Made by a program: the position numbers and the translations under genes. From Fistulifera solaris (lineage: Eukaryota), in contig AP026130.1 in NCBI GenBank assembly GCA_030295235.1, positions 1,178,001 through 1,242,000 of the forward strand: 64,000 bases of DNA. The letters are read 5' to 3'. Within the stretch, counting starts at the first letter, position 1. Each line of letters begins with the position of its first letter. Positions 1 to 11,224 of this stretch are shown here, one piece after another. The notes beneath the pieces are model-generated. The model saw only the letters and a list, made by a program, of their open reading frames with translations, ran no database searches and was not told the origin of the DNA.

Positions 1-300
1 GCAAGTTTAAGCATTACGAACACCACACTTGGGGGTTCTATCCCTTCCGAGATCGGTAACCTCTTTGACTTGCAAAGGCTCTGGCTTTATTCGAATGATC
101 TTACAGGCAAGCTTCCTGATACATTTTCAAGCTTGGTGAACCTGCAAGTCCTCGAGATCTATAACAATGAAATTACGGGAAAAGTACCAGAAGCAGTCTG
201 CAATGCCGTTCAAAACGCCGATTACGATTTCCGTTCCATGATGGTGGACTGCAGCATGATCGAGTGCCCCGTCGGTACCTGCTGTACAGAGTGTTATTAA
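1..300 (+). CDS. Leucine-rich repeat protein, 3' end (5'-truncated by window)
   Basis: Plant-type LRR units (LQRLWLYSNDLTGKLP, LQVLEIYNNEITGKVP) and a Cys-rich C-terminus (DCSMIECPVGTCCTECY); stop at 298-300. Confidence 0.85.
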   Translation, partial: ASLSITNTTLGGSIPSEIGNLFDLQRLWLYSNDLTGKLPDTFSSLVNLQVLEIYNNEITGKVPEAVCNAVQNADYDFRSMMVDCSMIECPVGTCCTECY

Positions 301-455
301 GCTGGCTCTGTTTTGCAATTGATTTACATGAAAGTTATGTACTTATGAACGATAAACTAAACATTATGAAACAACTGCTGCTTTGTTAGCTAGCATGCAC
401 AGCTGCTTCTTTTTTGCGGGCTAAGAAGCGACTTTTTCTAACAGGGAAGCAAGTT

Positions 456-1784
456 TTACAGCCATGACGCATCTGGTACTGCTTCCTCTGGTGGAATCTC
501 ACCACGCCGCTGACTCTGTCCTCCCTTTTGACGCCGAACAATAGGATACAAAATGTCCTTTGCAAATCGTTGTAAAATATACCCGGAAAGGCCCCAAACA
601 ACATCCGGACCACCCGTAAAAATAGGGGCAAATCCATCGCGATGGATCCACAAAGATCGATCTAATAAATTTGAAAGAGGCACAGTGAATACCTGCGCTA
701 CTTCCTCTGCATTCGGCAACAAATGCTCGGGCAACTCACCCCAATAGCATACCACGGGAGTAACCTTTAGGTACCAATGAGGTGTGAGAATCACCTTTTC
801 ACACGTTGTAGTGTAGTATGGTTAATATAAAAAATAAGCACTCACCGCAATGTTCACAAGATGTTGTATATCGCCCCAGTTACACCGTAAAACGCCCAAT
901 ACATCCACAGGTTCATCCGGCAATCCATTGATTTCTTCTTTCATCTCCCGCAGGCACGTACTCACAATACTCGGATCTTGGACATCACACACCATTCCAC
1001 CCGGTAGAGCGACTTCATCGGGATACGATCGTAAATGCGACGCCCGTTTCTCTAATAGAATACAAGGAACACCATCAACTGTACATAGCGCAATAACAAC
1101 ACCTGCTCGTTTGTCATGCGCTTGTGTAACAGTACGCGGCATTCGCATGAGCGCCTTCCTTATCAACTCCAAGTTGTTCCGATGCAGCGATTGGGTAAGG
1201 TCGAGAATCGGCGGTGCTGGTGCCCCTTTGGATGGCGTTTTCGGTCCATATCTTCGCTCGAGAACATACCTCGGATGATAGACGCGTAAAAAGTCACGCA
1301 AAGCATCCCACTTTTCTTCTTCGCAAAGCATAGCGGCGTATTGAAGGGCATCTTCTCTATCACGGAGCGCCGAAGCAATCGCCTTGACGGTATAGTTTTC
1401 ACACAAAATGAGCATATCCGTAGCGGGATCGGCATGTAGCACCCCCAACCGTTGTTGCGGCATACTTCCTTGCAATTCCTGAGCCTCCATTCGTTTAAAC
1501 AGTCGCGGCAGCTCGTCGCCGTCCATATTGACATTATCAACAACTCGTTCCTTCCAAAACTCGTAATTTCTTTCTTCCGTAGAAGGATGCAACAGTTGAT
1601 CCGGCCAGACTCCTTTCCATAATCTTTGCGCGGTGGGAGTAGTGTTAGAAACTCCCGGAGATTCGTCGAGAGGGTGTGGAGTGTAACTGTTCGAAGAAAA
1701 ACACCGGACGACGATTCTTGCGACATTTCGTTCCGGCAAAGCAAGTCGCCTCATCGCGTGCGAACGTCGCATGAAGGGCATCAT
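456..1784 (-). CDS. Nudix hydrolase, CoA pyrophosphatase (NUDT7/NUDT8-like), with long N-terminal extension; 2 exons
   Basis: LLEKRASHLRSYPDEVALPGG...LREMKEEING Nudix box with the upstream CoA-pyrophosphatase motif; exon 2 has VTPVV, PNAEEVAQVFTVPL, VWGLSGYIL; GTGAG..AAG intron about 765-845; Arg-rich mitochondrial-type N-terminus. Confidence 0.85.
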
Positions 1785-2262
1785 GGTGTCTCAAGCTATA
1801 TAATTGTGTTTTTATCTTGTTCCTGAAGAACGAATCTCTATACAATGTATTCGTACCTGGTATGACAAACAACAACGCAGCAGCAATAACAACAAAAAGC
1901 GCGACGAGCACAATAAAACGCTGTAAAAGAAGCCGTTGCGAAAAGACACGTCGATGACGTCATCAACCATAATGTCGATACTCATGACAGAAATACGGAC
2001 AACACTTTTTCTTATAGTTTGTAAAACTATACATGAAACCAGTGTTGCTCTACTGTCTAAAACTACTTGTAAGCGGTATAAAGATGCTCATGTAAGAAAC
2101 GTGTATCAAGCGGTTCGTGACTCGACTCAGAACGGCACACGACCCGCGTTTTCATTATAAAAAAAGGCACAAAAATACGGAGTATGGAGTATAATATTAT
2201 TGGCTGCTTTTTATGCTCTTGTCTTTGACATTTATTCAGATTGGGTTTGATAGATATACAGA

Positions 2263-3066
2263 ATGACTTTTCCTTTCTTTCTCCTTTGTCTCGCATGGAC
2301 GGCGCGAACGGCGTTGTCGACGTATATGCTGGAACTGACTCCCCGGAACGCGAGAATGCTTTTACACCAAGTTACCCGGGAGAGCGACCATCGTTAGGTA
2401 CGTAAAATGGTTCCCTATCGCATTGCATCGACGCATAGAGACTCCTCTACTGGATAGACGGACTGAGAAGTGATTTTGTGATGATGGTAGTCCTTACAAC
2501 TATCTGTGTGTTATTTTGTTTTACTGTCGTGTCGCTTGCAGCGGCAATTACGATATCATTGATGATGATATACCGGGAGATTATTTGAGTGTCACATTGC
2601 AAAATACACTGGCGGAAGACGGCAAACGATTGTGGCACAATGAACCGGGATCGACGGAAGGGATATTCAGTTTAACGGTCGATCGTGGCCTGCGATTGGC
2701 CTTTTGTTTCGAATTTCGAGAAATCAGTGATGATGAAACAGAAACGGCCGTCGAACAATTGTTGATTGGATGGAATATTCGAGTGCACGCGATACCAAGA
2801 GAACTGCCGGACGGGGAAAGTGGCCCGGATACCGAGCGGGCCCGGCGTTTGTTGGAAAAGGCGGTGAATATTGAAATGGATTGGTCCAACTTGATGGATC
2901 ATTTTGCCTTTTGAGGAGCCGAGAAGCGGTGCATATGAAACTGACTTCCGACATACTGAATCGCATTATGGGATGGACACTCGTTGAAGCATTTGTGGTA
3001 ATGGCCATGGCATTTTTGCAAGTCATGTACTGGAAAAAGTTTTTCGAGCAGAGGCGGTATCTTTAA
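2263..3066 (+). CDS. emp24/gp25L/p24 (GOLD domain) family protein; intron and apparent sequencing frameshifts
   Basis: Signal peptide MTFPFFLLCLAWTARTALS, ECFY motif, intron about 2397-2541, AFCF, C-terminal LRSREAVH...WTLVE...QVMYWKKFFEQRRYL; indels in C/G/T runs near 2340, 2378 and 2910. Confidence 0.85.
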
Positions 3067-3735
3067 ATAGTGACTCTAACGAGCAGAAGTGTTATCAGTG
3101 TCAAACAACTGTTGGACTGTTAGCTCTTTGTTTTGTGGGCTATTGAGCTAGTAGCACCGTAAAACCCTGAATAGTCTGGCTTTTGAACAGTGGGTCTTGA
3201 TGCACGATCTGTCCGCAGAACAGTGGGCTCCAACTGTCGAGCCACGACCTACTAGAGAGCCTTACCTTGAGCAAATTACGACACAATTTAGCGAGGATAG
3301 CGCCGCTTTTTTCTAAAAAAACATCGTGTCTGTATACTAGACTAATAGTGAGGGATGAGGGAAGATCGCGAGAACAAATCTATCTCGTGACTTGTCGAAA
3401 AACGGACAACACTTTGGGACTATAGTAGAAACTAAAGTTACGATGAACGTTGAGTTTTCAACAAATAATGCTCTGCACGTAATCGTTCCCTTTCGTGGAC
3501 ACTGCAGGTTCAAACCAATAAATGCTAATGAAGAAAATTGCTTCAGCGGCGAGAACGACAACGGTAAATGCCCGAGCAATGGGGATCATGACTCGCAGCT
3601 CAAACACAGTCTAAAAATAGTAATATACAGGAAGAGTCTATAGTGAAAAACTGAAGTCAAAATCGCGGGGCATTCGCGACAGCAATTGAAAATAACATAA
3701 GAGCATCACATTGACTTGAACCAAACCATCGCACA

Positions 3736-4227
3736 ATGGATGATTCGACAACCACCAACGAACCACAGTGGATCCAGCATCTACCAGAAGCTCTGGGCAT
3801 CCGCAAAGCCGTGCAGCAAAGTAAATATCGATGGTGTGTACGAGAATCGGCCATGTGGGGGATTGCCACCGGTACCGCCATGTCGTTACACCGACTGCGC
3901 ATGCGATCGCCGTGGGCTATTAACGCCGGCTTTCTCAGTTTCTTTACCGTATATGCTGGGTCGTATTATTTTTGTGTGAAACGACGCGACTATAAAGAGC
4001 AAGTTATTGAAATGATGATGAAATTGAATTCGTTTCAAACTGCAGCGGATATGCCCGAGCCTGTGCCTGTCGATGAGAATCATCCGTTTGTTTCTCCCGA
4101 AGGTGATATACCTGGAGAACGACAATATGTCGCCAATTTGCCGGAGCGAAAGGAATGGCAGAAGCAGCTTCCTACACAAGATGCGGCATCGATATTTGTG
4201 GAAGATAAACGAAGTAATTGTAAATGA
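3736..4227 (+). CDS. COX20: Cytochrome c oxidase assembly factor COX20-like
   Basis: CVRESAMWGIATG...two TM helices...SYYFCVKRR matches the Cox20 pattern. Confidence 0.7.
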   Translation: MDDSTTTNEPQWIQHLPEALGIRKAVQQSKYRWCVRESAMWGIATGTAMSLHRLRMRSPWAINAGFLSFFTVYAGSYYFCVKRRDYKEQVIEMMMKLNSFQTAADMPEPVPVDENHPFVSPEGDIPGERQYVANLPERKEWQKQLPTQDAASIFVEDKRSNCK

Positions 4228-4318
4228 GAGCGCGGAATCAAAAGGGCGCAAGAAGGCGAAAGATTCATTCAAGATAATTCTATTGTACATAAGAATTGAG
4301 CTATCCTTTCATCTTCCA

Positions 4319-5692
4319 TCACCTTGCGTTGGTGACGGCCACATCAAAATCTCGAGGATTCTGTGCGTAGCGTGCTTTTCGTTCCATACGTCGCGACAAA
4401 TCGTATCGATAATTCACCATGACGCCGAAACTGTTTTGCTGTCCGCGTGTAGAAGGATCCGCTTGTGTCACAATGCGAAAGACTTCCGCTCCATTGGTCA
4501 AATGAAACCGTGCGACTGGATCCAGTGGCTTGTAGCCTTCGTCTGGCGTCGTTTCGTCAACAATGTATTGTGTGGCCAGTTGATGAAGTCGTGTCTCTTG
4601 TTCACTCGAGATACTCTCTGTAGCGGCATCTTCCTCTTCTAAGCTTCGATTGAACTGTATTGTCAATTCGTGTTCCAAAGCAGGATGATTCGCCTTAAGC
4701 CACTTTCGAAAATGGGGCATGGGCGACAGCGTCACAAACTCATGCAAGCAAGGAAATTCCCCTCGCAACAAATTGACCGTCTCTGATATCAGCACTTCTC
4801 CGAGTCCAATCCCCGTCAAACCGCGCTCCAAGTTGCTAATGGAATAGAAAGCCGCTACCGTGGGTTGTTCGGTGGGTTGTGCCTCATGAATGGCACGCAT
4901 ACTGTCGGGAATGTCGGTTGCTTGGAGTGAAACATGAATGACCACGAGCGGCCGATCGAGCAAAAGGGATGCACAAGAGCATACACACGTCGATGTGGAC
5001 CAAATCGATTGTGTAAATCCTTCCAACCTTGCACTGGATGTACTGCCTCTTTCCGTACGATCCGTTCAATGACGGCGGCCGGTGTCTGGTCGTAACGGAT
5101 GCGTTGCGCAAGCAAGACGGACGGAGAAAACCACATGTTCAAGACGCGTCGCCAGTGTTGATCGATTCTCGTAATGCGCTCCTGGAGGGGGATCGAAGTC
5201 GCCGTCATTGTTCGACGGTGACCGTCGTAGAAATGCCAAGTACGTTTGAATATCAGCACGGGAAGCCAAAAGAAAGCGTAAGGCATCCGCCGTGGCCGTT
5301 TCTAGAAAGCAATCGATCAGAATGGAATAGAGAGGCGCGGAAGAATCACTTTCATGGCTTTCGTTTGCCAAATGATGAATAATTTCCCGTCGTTGACAAA
5401 TATCATTAGGTTGCGACAAGAGTGCCGGCAATTCTGTATATTGTCGATTTATGAATGTAATAATGTCACGCTGATGATCCGAGTGTTTCGACTGATGGTA
5501 ACGAAGGTCTTCAATTAGCTTTTGAAACGAATGCAAGAGTTGCGTGGAAGATTCATTCGTCGCTCTTTGCCAAGTTTTGTCGTCCTGAGAGGATACGAAT
5601 CGAAAAAGAGGCGCGGTTCGAGCGACTTTATAGTTGCTACACCTTCGCAGAATAAGACATTGAAATCTTAAAATCATTCTGGTATAAATCAA
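4319..5692 (-). CDS. MLYCD: Malonyl-CoA decarboxylase (split over three frames by apparent indels)
   Basis: EAVHPV..W.DL..RFGPHRRVY, AFYSISNLERGLTGIGLG, FVTLSPMPHFRKWL, LDPVARFHLTNGA, SFGVMVNYRY; mitochondrial-type N-terminus. Confidence 0.9.
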
Positions 5693-5776
5693 TGCACTTT
5701 TCTATTTGAAGACAACATCTCAGCATTACAGTCAACGAATAAAACTGTGCAAGGTTGCAGTATGCAAGGTTGTGTT

Positions 5777-6580
5777 AGACGGCGTTTATTTTCGACAAAC
5801 AGCGTTTCTGTGTGAATGAGTAATAACAGCAGTCTCGTCATACAGAAAATCTGTGTGATTGGTCCAGAAAATCTGGACAAGGTGGTTTCATCTCACAGAT
5901 CGGTTCATATTTGCTGGTTCCAGAAAAAGTCTGGACATGGTGTTATGGATCATACGGAAAGTATGTATCGCTTCCTGCAAAATCGGGAGACGTCGTTGTT
6001 CGACAAACAGCGTTTCTGTGTGAATTATTCCAGAAAATCTGGAACAGCTTTCTCGTCATGCACTTACAGAAATGCTGTGTGATTGGTCCAGAAATTCTGG
6101 ACCAGGTGTTTTCATCTCAAAGATTGGTTCTTTGCTGGTTCCAGAAAAGCGGAACACGGTGTTATGGATCATACGGAAAGGATGTATTGCTTCCTGCAAA
6201 ATCGGGAGACGTCGTTGTTCGACAAACAGCGTTTCTGTGTGAATGAGTAATCCAGAAAATCTGGAAACAGCGTTCACGTCATGCACTTACAGAAATGCTG
6301 TGTGATTGGTCCAGAAATTCTGGACCAGGTGGTTTCATCTCACAGATTGGTTCATATTTGCTGGTTCCGGAAAAAGTCTGGACATGGTGTTATGGATCAT
6401 ACGGAAAGGATGTATCGCTTCCTGCAAAATGTGGAGACGGCGTTTTCGACAAACAGAGTTTGTGTGTGAATTATATTACAGAAAATCTGGAAACAGCGTT
6501 CACCTCATACAGAAGATCTGTGTGATTGGTGATTGGTCCAGAAATTCTGGACGAGCTTTTCCAGAAAATCTGGACACTGA
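5777..6580 (+). repeat. Tandem array A: about 3.7 copies of a 208-227 bp unit rich in CCAGA(N3)TCTGG palindromes
   Basis: cgacaaacag(c/a)gtt recurs at 5793, 6001, 6220, 6447; palindrome tggtccagaa-a-ttctggacca at 6084-6104 with copies in neighbouring units. Confidence 0.95.
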
Positions 6581-6716
6581 CGTGAACGCGCATGAAACAT
6601 AATGAGCAACATAATTTACCCTGGTATAGACGCATGGCGGAGTAATTGCAGATTATAAATAATACACTCTCGTCGTTGAAAATTCTTTTTTCTATTGTTG
6701 ATTCATTCGCATCAGA

Positions 6717-8243
6717 ATGAAATTAAGCAGCATCGTTTCTCCCTGCATATTCGTTTTTATTACAGAAACCGCATCTGCTTGGCTTTCCCTGACCACGAGG
6801 CAGAAACGTCATTTTATGGGCTCCTCTTCTACAATCCGCTTCTCGATTCCTTCATCTTCGACTCCCATGTTCCCATCTGCTACGAATAACAAAAATCCGC
6901 TTCCTATTCTACCCATTCCGCCGCCCATTTGTTCGACGGAACCAGGTTCATGGGCGTATGATACCATGAGTCGTCGGGTCGACGCGGAGATTTTGCAGCG
7001 TACCTGGGACGACAATCAAGATCTTTGGGGGCAATGGAGTACGGAGCATATCGATGTCGTACAACGATTTGAGTTATTACGAAACGAGTTACAAAATGCC
7101 GCGGCGACTCCTTTACAGCATTTGGAAGAACCCGTAATTAAATCAGCCGAACGAGAAAAGGAATATCAAGAATGGCAACAAATCTTGGAACCGTACGTTT
7201 CCAACCAAGATACCTGGCTGACGGCACCGTGGATGGTAACAGAATTCTTGATCTATCGGAAGCTCATGCAAGCCATCGGTTACTGGGATCCGAAATCTCC
7301 AGGATATCAGCACGATCCCTTTCTGGCTCAAAAACAAGCTGGATTGCATTCGTCGGTTACTTCGGCGGAATCTGTATTGGCCAAACTTTTTTATCAGACC
7401 CCGGAAGTTCTCCACGAGGAATCGCTAGAAGCTGGTTTGGCACTCGCCACGAGTATTGCTTTGTGGGGCAACAAGATGGATTTGTCGTTGTGGCCCGCCG
7501 ACAAAGAACAGCGCAACAGTGATATCTTTTCCAAGATACTCGAACAAGCCAGTCAGAATTTATTGCACGATGATACACAAGTCCTCCGCCGGCACTGTCA
7601 GATGTTAAAAGAGCGAGGAGGAGGACAAGTGGATATCATTGTTGACAATGCCGGATTCGAACTGGTGACGGATTTAGCTCTCGCTCATTATTTGATCGAA
7701 TCGGGCATTGCAACGACGGTTACGTTTCAACTCAAATCGCATCCGACCTTTGTGTCAGATGCCTTGGAAAAGGATTTGCTGGAAACTGTGGCGTATTACG
7801 AACAGCTGGATCCCGCAGAATTTCCGGCGTGTCACGCGGCCGGTCAAAAATGGCGTCAATTTTTACAAAAGGGTCAATGGAAGTGCCACGAAGACAACTT
7901 CTGGGTGCAACCGTATGCCATGTGGGATATGACCGAACCGTTGCGATCGGATCTGGTCCGGCGCTGTGATTTAGCGTTTGTGAAGGGCGATGCCAATTAC
8001 CGACGTCTTTTGGGCGATCGGACCTGGGACTATACGGCGCCTTTCCAAGATGTAGTGGGAGCTTATTTCCCTTGCCCAGTGTGTGCCTTGCGAACACTCA
8101 AAGCCGAAATTGGTTGTGGTATGGATGCGGAGCAAGTGAAGCGAGCACAAGAACTGGATGATCAGTGGATGGTGAATGGACGATTTGGTGTGGTGCACTT
8201 TGGTAGGGGCACCAATGAGAGAGACCAGCTTTCTAACGCGTAA
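6717..8243 (+). CDS. DUF89/ARMT1-like damage-control phosphatase, probably plastid-targeted
   Basis: WLTAPWMVTEFLIYRK, DPFLAQKQ, ALWGNKMDLSL, IVDNAGFELVTD, PTFVSD, FVKGDANYRRLLGDR, ALRTLKAE; signal peptide ending ASA-W then a Ser/Arg-rich transit-like stretch. Confidence 0.9.
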   Translation: MKLSSIVSPCIFVFITETASAWLSLTTRQKRHFMGSSSTIRFSIPSSSTPMFPSATNNKNPLPILPIPPPICSTEPGSWAYDTMSRRVDAEILQRTWDDNQDLWGQWSTEHIDVVQRFELLRNELQNAAATPLQHLEEPVIKSAEREKEYQEWQQILEPYVSNQDTWLTAPWMVTEFLIYRKLMQAIGYWDPKSPGYQHDPFLAQKQAGLHSSVTSAESVLAKLFYQTPEVLHEESLEAGLALATSIALWGNKMDLSLWPADKEQRNSDIFSKILEQASQNLLHDDTQVLRRHCQMLKERGGGQVDIIVDNAGFELVTDLALAHYLIESGIATTVTFQLKSHPTFVSDALEKDLLETVAYYEQLDPAEFPACHAAGQKWRQFLQKGQWKCHEDNFWVQPYAMWDMTEPLRSDLVRRCDLAFVKGDANYRRLLGDRTWDYTAPFQDVVGAYFPCPVCALRTLKAEIGCGMDAEQVKRAQELDDQWMVNGRFGVVHFGRGTNERDQLSNA

Positions 8244-8254
8244 TAATTAAGCAG

Positions 8255-9208
8255 CTACTGCATTACTTTGTTGCGATAATAACACAAACCCCAAGCACAG
8301 ACAGACTTGCTCTTGAGTATAGCAACAAACGCATCGATATCAATTTCATCGTCCTTATCGCCCTTCCAATCCACAAGCTCCTTTGCGGCCGCACATTCGT
8401 ATTGCTGCAAGGGATACTTTTGCGAGGGAATGGGCAATATTTGACTATCGGGTACGAGCTGACATGTATCTTGCAAGTAATCGACGATTCGCGTCACATC
8501 CTGTAACGTCACGCGCTCGCGTCGTCCCTGGAGAACTTGATAGAGTATTTGAATTCGCTCGGGAGTGGATGAGTTCAAAGCCAGCGAAAGTGCCACCCAC
8601 CAGAATTCTACCGGCATAGCATCCAGTGTTGTTCGATTGTGTTTTTGCAAAGCAGCGACGATGACGCGATCAATGAGATGACCCAGTTCTACCGTAAAAG
8701 CCGGCCCTTTCATGCTGGACATGACACGACGTACGGCTTCGACAAAAGCTGGATAGGTCATTTCCTCGTCGGCGACTTCGGTAATCAATTTCCGAAATAC
8801 ATCGGGTGTTAATTGTGCATTCGCAAAGCGTAAATCGTCAATTTCGAGAGGATCCAATGCGGCTTGTGTTTCTATGTCGTCACGAATCGCGTTGCGTTTG
8901 TTGGTGTTCATGTAAGATCGGACGAGATACGCAATCAATAGACCGATCGAGGACAAGAAAATAGCACCGAGATTGTCGAGAAATACGTTGCTTTTGACGG
9001 GTGTTTTGTTGAGTGTTGTGGCTTTGGCTTCTTCGGCACTCGCGATGGATGCGGTGGAAGAAGAAGAAGACGAGCAGCGCACGGCGAAGGTACAAAGAAA
9101 GGGTCGGGAGAACAGAAGATGAGGTGCGGCCGCTCTCTCTACCGACGCGCCTACTCGTCTCAACAAATAAGACTTTGTCTTTGTGAAAACTAATGAACGA
9201 GATGCCAT
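8255..9208 (-). CDS. Hypothetical single-pass membrane protein, likely mitochondrial
   Basis: 317-aa ORF; Arg/Ser-rich presequence, one TM (LGAIFLSSIGLLIAYLV), degenerate EF-hand-like C-terminal segment. Confidence 0.7.
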   Translation of the reverse strand: MASRSLVFTKTKSYLLRRVGASVERAAAPHLLFSRPFLCTFAVRCSSSSSSTASIASAEEAKATTLNKTPVKSNVFLDNLGAIFLSSIGLLIAYLVRSYMNTNKRNAIRDDIETQAALDPLEIDDLRFANAQLTPDVFRKLITEVADEEMTYPAFVEAVRRVMSSMKGPAFTVELGHLIDRVIVAALQKHNRTTLDAMPVEFWWVALSLALNSSTPERIQILYQVLQGRRERVTLQDVTRIVDYLQDTCQLVPDSQILPIPSQKYPLQQYECAAAKELVDWKGDKDDEIDIDAFVAILKSKSVCAWGLCYYRNKVMQ

Positions 9209-9632
9209 GGTAAAAATTCTGATGGCCTGTCAAAACCCAGCACAACCTAACAACGTCGAATAATGCGGCGGCTGGGGAAATATTTGATCCGTGACTTCGC
9301 AATCCAGTCGCGAAAAAAGTAATATACATTTAAGCCTATAGTAAATACGGAATCTCCAATATACAGAGACGATAAAGTCGTTTGTTGTAGACGCTGCAAA
9401 AATAATTGAGTTGTATTTGGTATTGTAAAGACTATGGTCTACGATCCTAGAGGACATGGAACGGAGCTCTGATAGCAAGAGCTTGCTCAGGAGAAGACCG
9501 ATTCATGAATGAAATACAGGGTTTATCGTGATTATGGAAAACGAGGACTTCGTAAAGATCTCATTCGCGAGAGGTTTGATGCGCGTATTGCAAAATGCTG
9601 CTAGTAAGAAAATCTGCTATGCTGACCAACCC

Positions 9633-10955
9633 ATGACACCGTGTTCTGATTCCCTGAAACCAGCACAAAATCATTGTGAGATGAAAACATCAGGTCCAAA
9701 ATTTCTGGACCAGTAAAACAGAATTTCTGTATGACGTGATCGCATGTTCCAAATTTTCTGGAACTCGTACAGAAACACTGTATGTTAACAAACGCCGTCG
9801 TTTAAACTTCTTGAAGTCAAACCGCAATTCTGCATGATCTGATACACTGTGTCCAGATTTTCTGCAACATGCACAGAAGCTCTGAGAGATGAAAACGCCT
9901 GGTCCAGAATTTCTGGACCAGTCAAACAGATTTACTGTATGACAAGATCACTATTTCCAGATTTTCTGGAATTCGCACAGAAACGCCATTTGATAAAAAA
10001 AAACGCCGTCGTTTAACCTTCTTAAAGCCATACAGCATCTCGGTAGGATCCGTAACACTTTGTCCAGATTTCCTGGAACCAGCACGAACCTATCTGTGAG
10101 ATGACAACACCTGGTCCAGAATTTCTGGACCAGTCAGACAAGATCACTATTTCCAGATTTTCTGGAATACACACAGAAACGCTGTTTGACGAAAACCGCC
10201 GTCAAGTAAACTTTTTGAAACCATCCAGCATCTCGGTATGATCCGTAACACTATGTCCAAATTTTCTGAAACCAGCCGAGAAGCTCTGAGAGATGATAAC
10301 ACATGGTCCAGATTTTCTGGACTAGTCAAACAGATTTTCTGTATGACGTTATCGGTATTTCCAGAGCCATACAGCATCTCGGTAGGATCCGTAACACGTT
10401 GTCCAGATTTCCTGGAACCAGCACGAACCTATGTGAGATGAAAACACCTGGTCCAGAATTTCTGGACCAATCAAACAGAATTTCTGTAAGATGTTGTCGG
10501 CATTTTTCAGATTTTCTGGAATTTGCACAGAAACGCTGTTTGATGAAAAACGCCGTCAATAAAAATTTCTTGAAGCCATACACCATCTCGGTAGGGTCTA
10601 TGATCCGATACACTGTGTCCATATTTTCTGGAACCAGCACAGAACCTCTGTGAGATGAAACACCAGGTCCGGAATTTCTGGACCAGTTTCTGTATGACTT
10701 GATCGCAATTTCCAGATTTTCTGGAATTCTCACAGAAACGCTGTTTGACGAAAGGACCGTCGTTTAAAACTTTTTGAAGCTATACAGCATTTTTTTATAT
10801 AATCCGTTACACTGTTTCCAGATTTCTGGAACCAGCAAATATGAACCAATCTGTGAGATGAAAACACCTGGTCCAGAATTTCTGGACGATTCAAGCAGAA
10901 TTTCCAGATTTTCTGGAAATCACTCAAGAACACTGTTTGGTCAATAACGCCGTCT
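9633..10955 (-). repeat. Tandem array B: about 6.5 copies of the same family as array A, inverted orientation
   Basis: ggtccagaatttctggac (with variants) at about 9693, 9901, 10112, 10306, 10450, 10666, 10870; reverse complement matches array A (gattggtccagaaattctggaccaggtgttttcatctcacaga). Confidence 0.95.
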
Positions 10956-11224
10956 CCTGACCTTTTCTCATGACTCACGATTGATCTTACTATTTTAGGG
11001 CTCAGTTCAGAGCCTTGGTTCGCAGTCATGGGTTTAATAGGCATCCGTATTTATTCTACGTGATCTTTGTGGATTGCTACGTGCGACTAATTATTTAAAA
11101 AAATGATTTCGACAAGCAATTCAGGTGCTACAATGACATTGTGAATAAAATTCAACATAAAATAGAATATCTAATTAATTAGTGACCTTATGATAATACT
11201 GACACAAATCAATAGCAATCTGAA

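Noticed and set aside
5816..6602. Short ORFs within array A (and 9528-11044 in array B)
   Set aside because: They are translations of the tandem repeat in several frames, with no conserved reading frame between units
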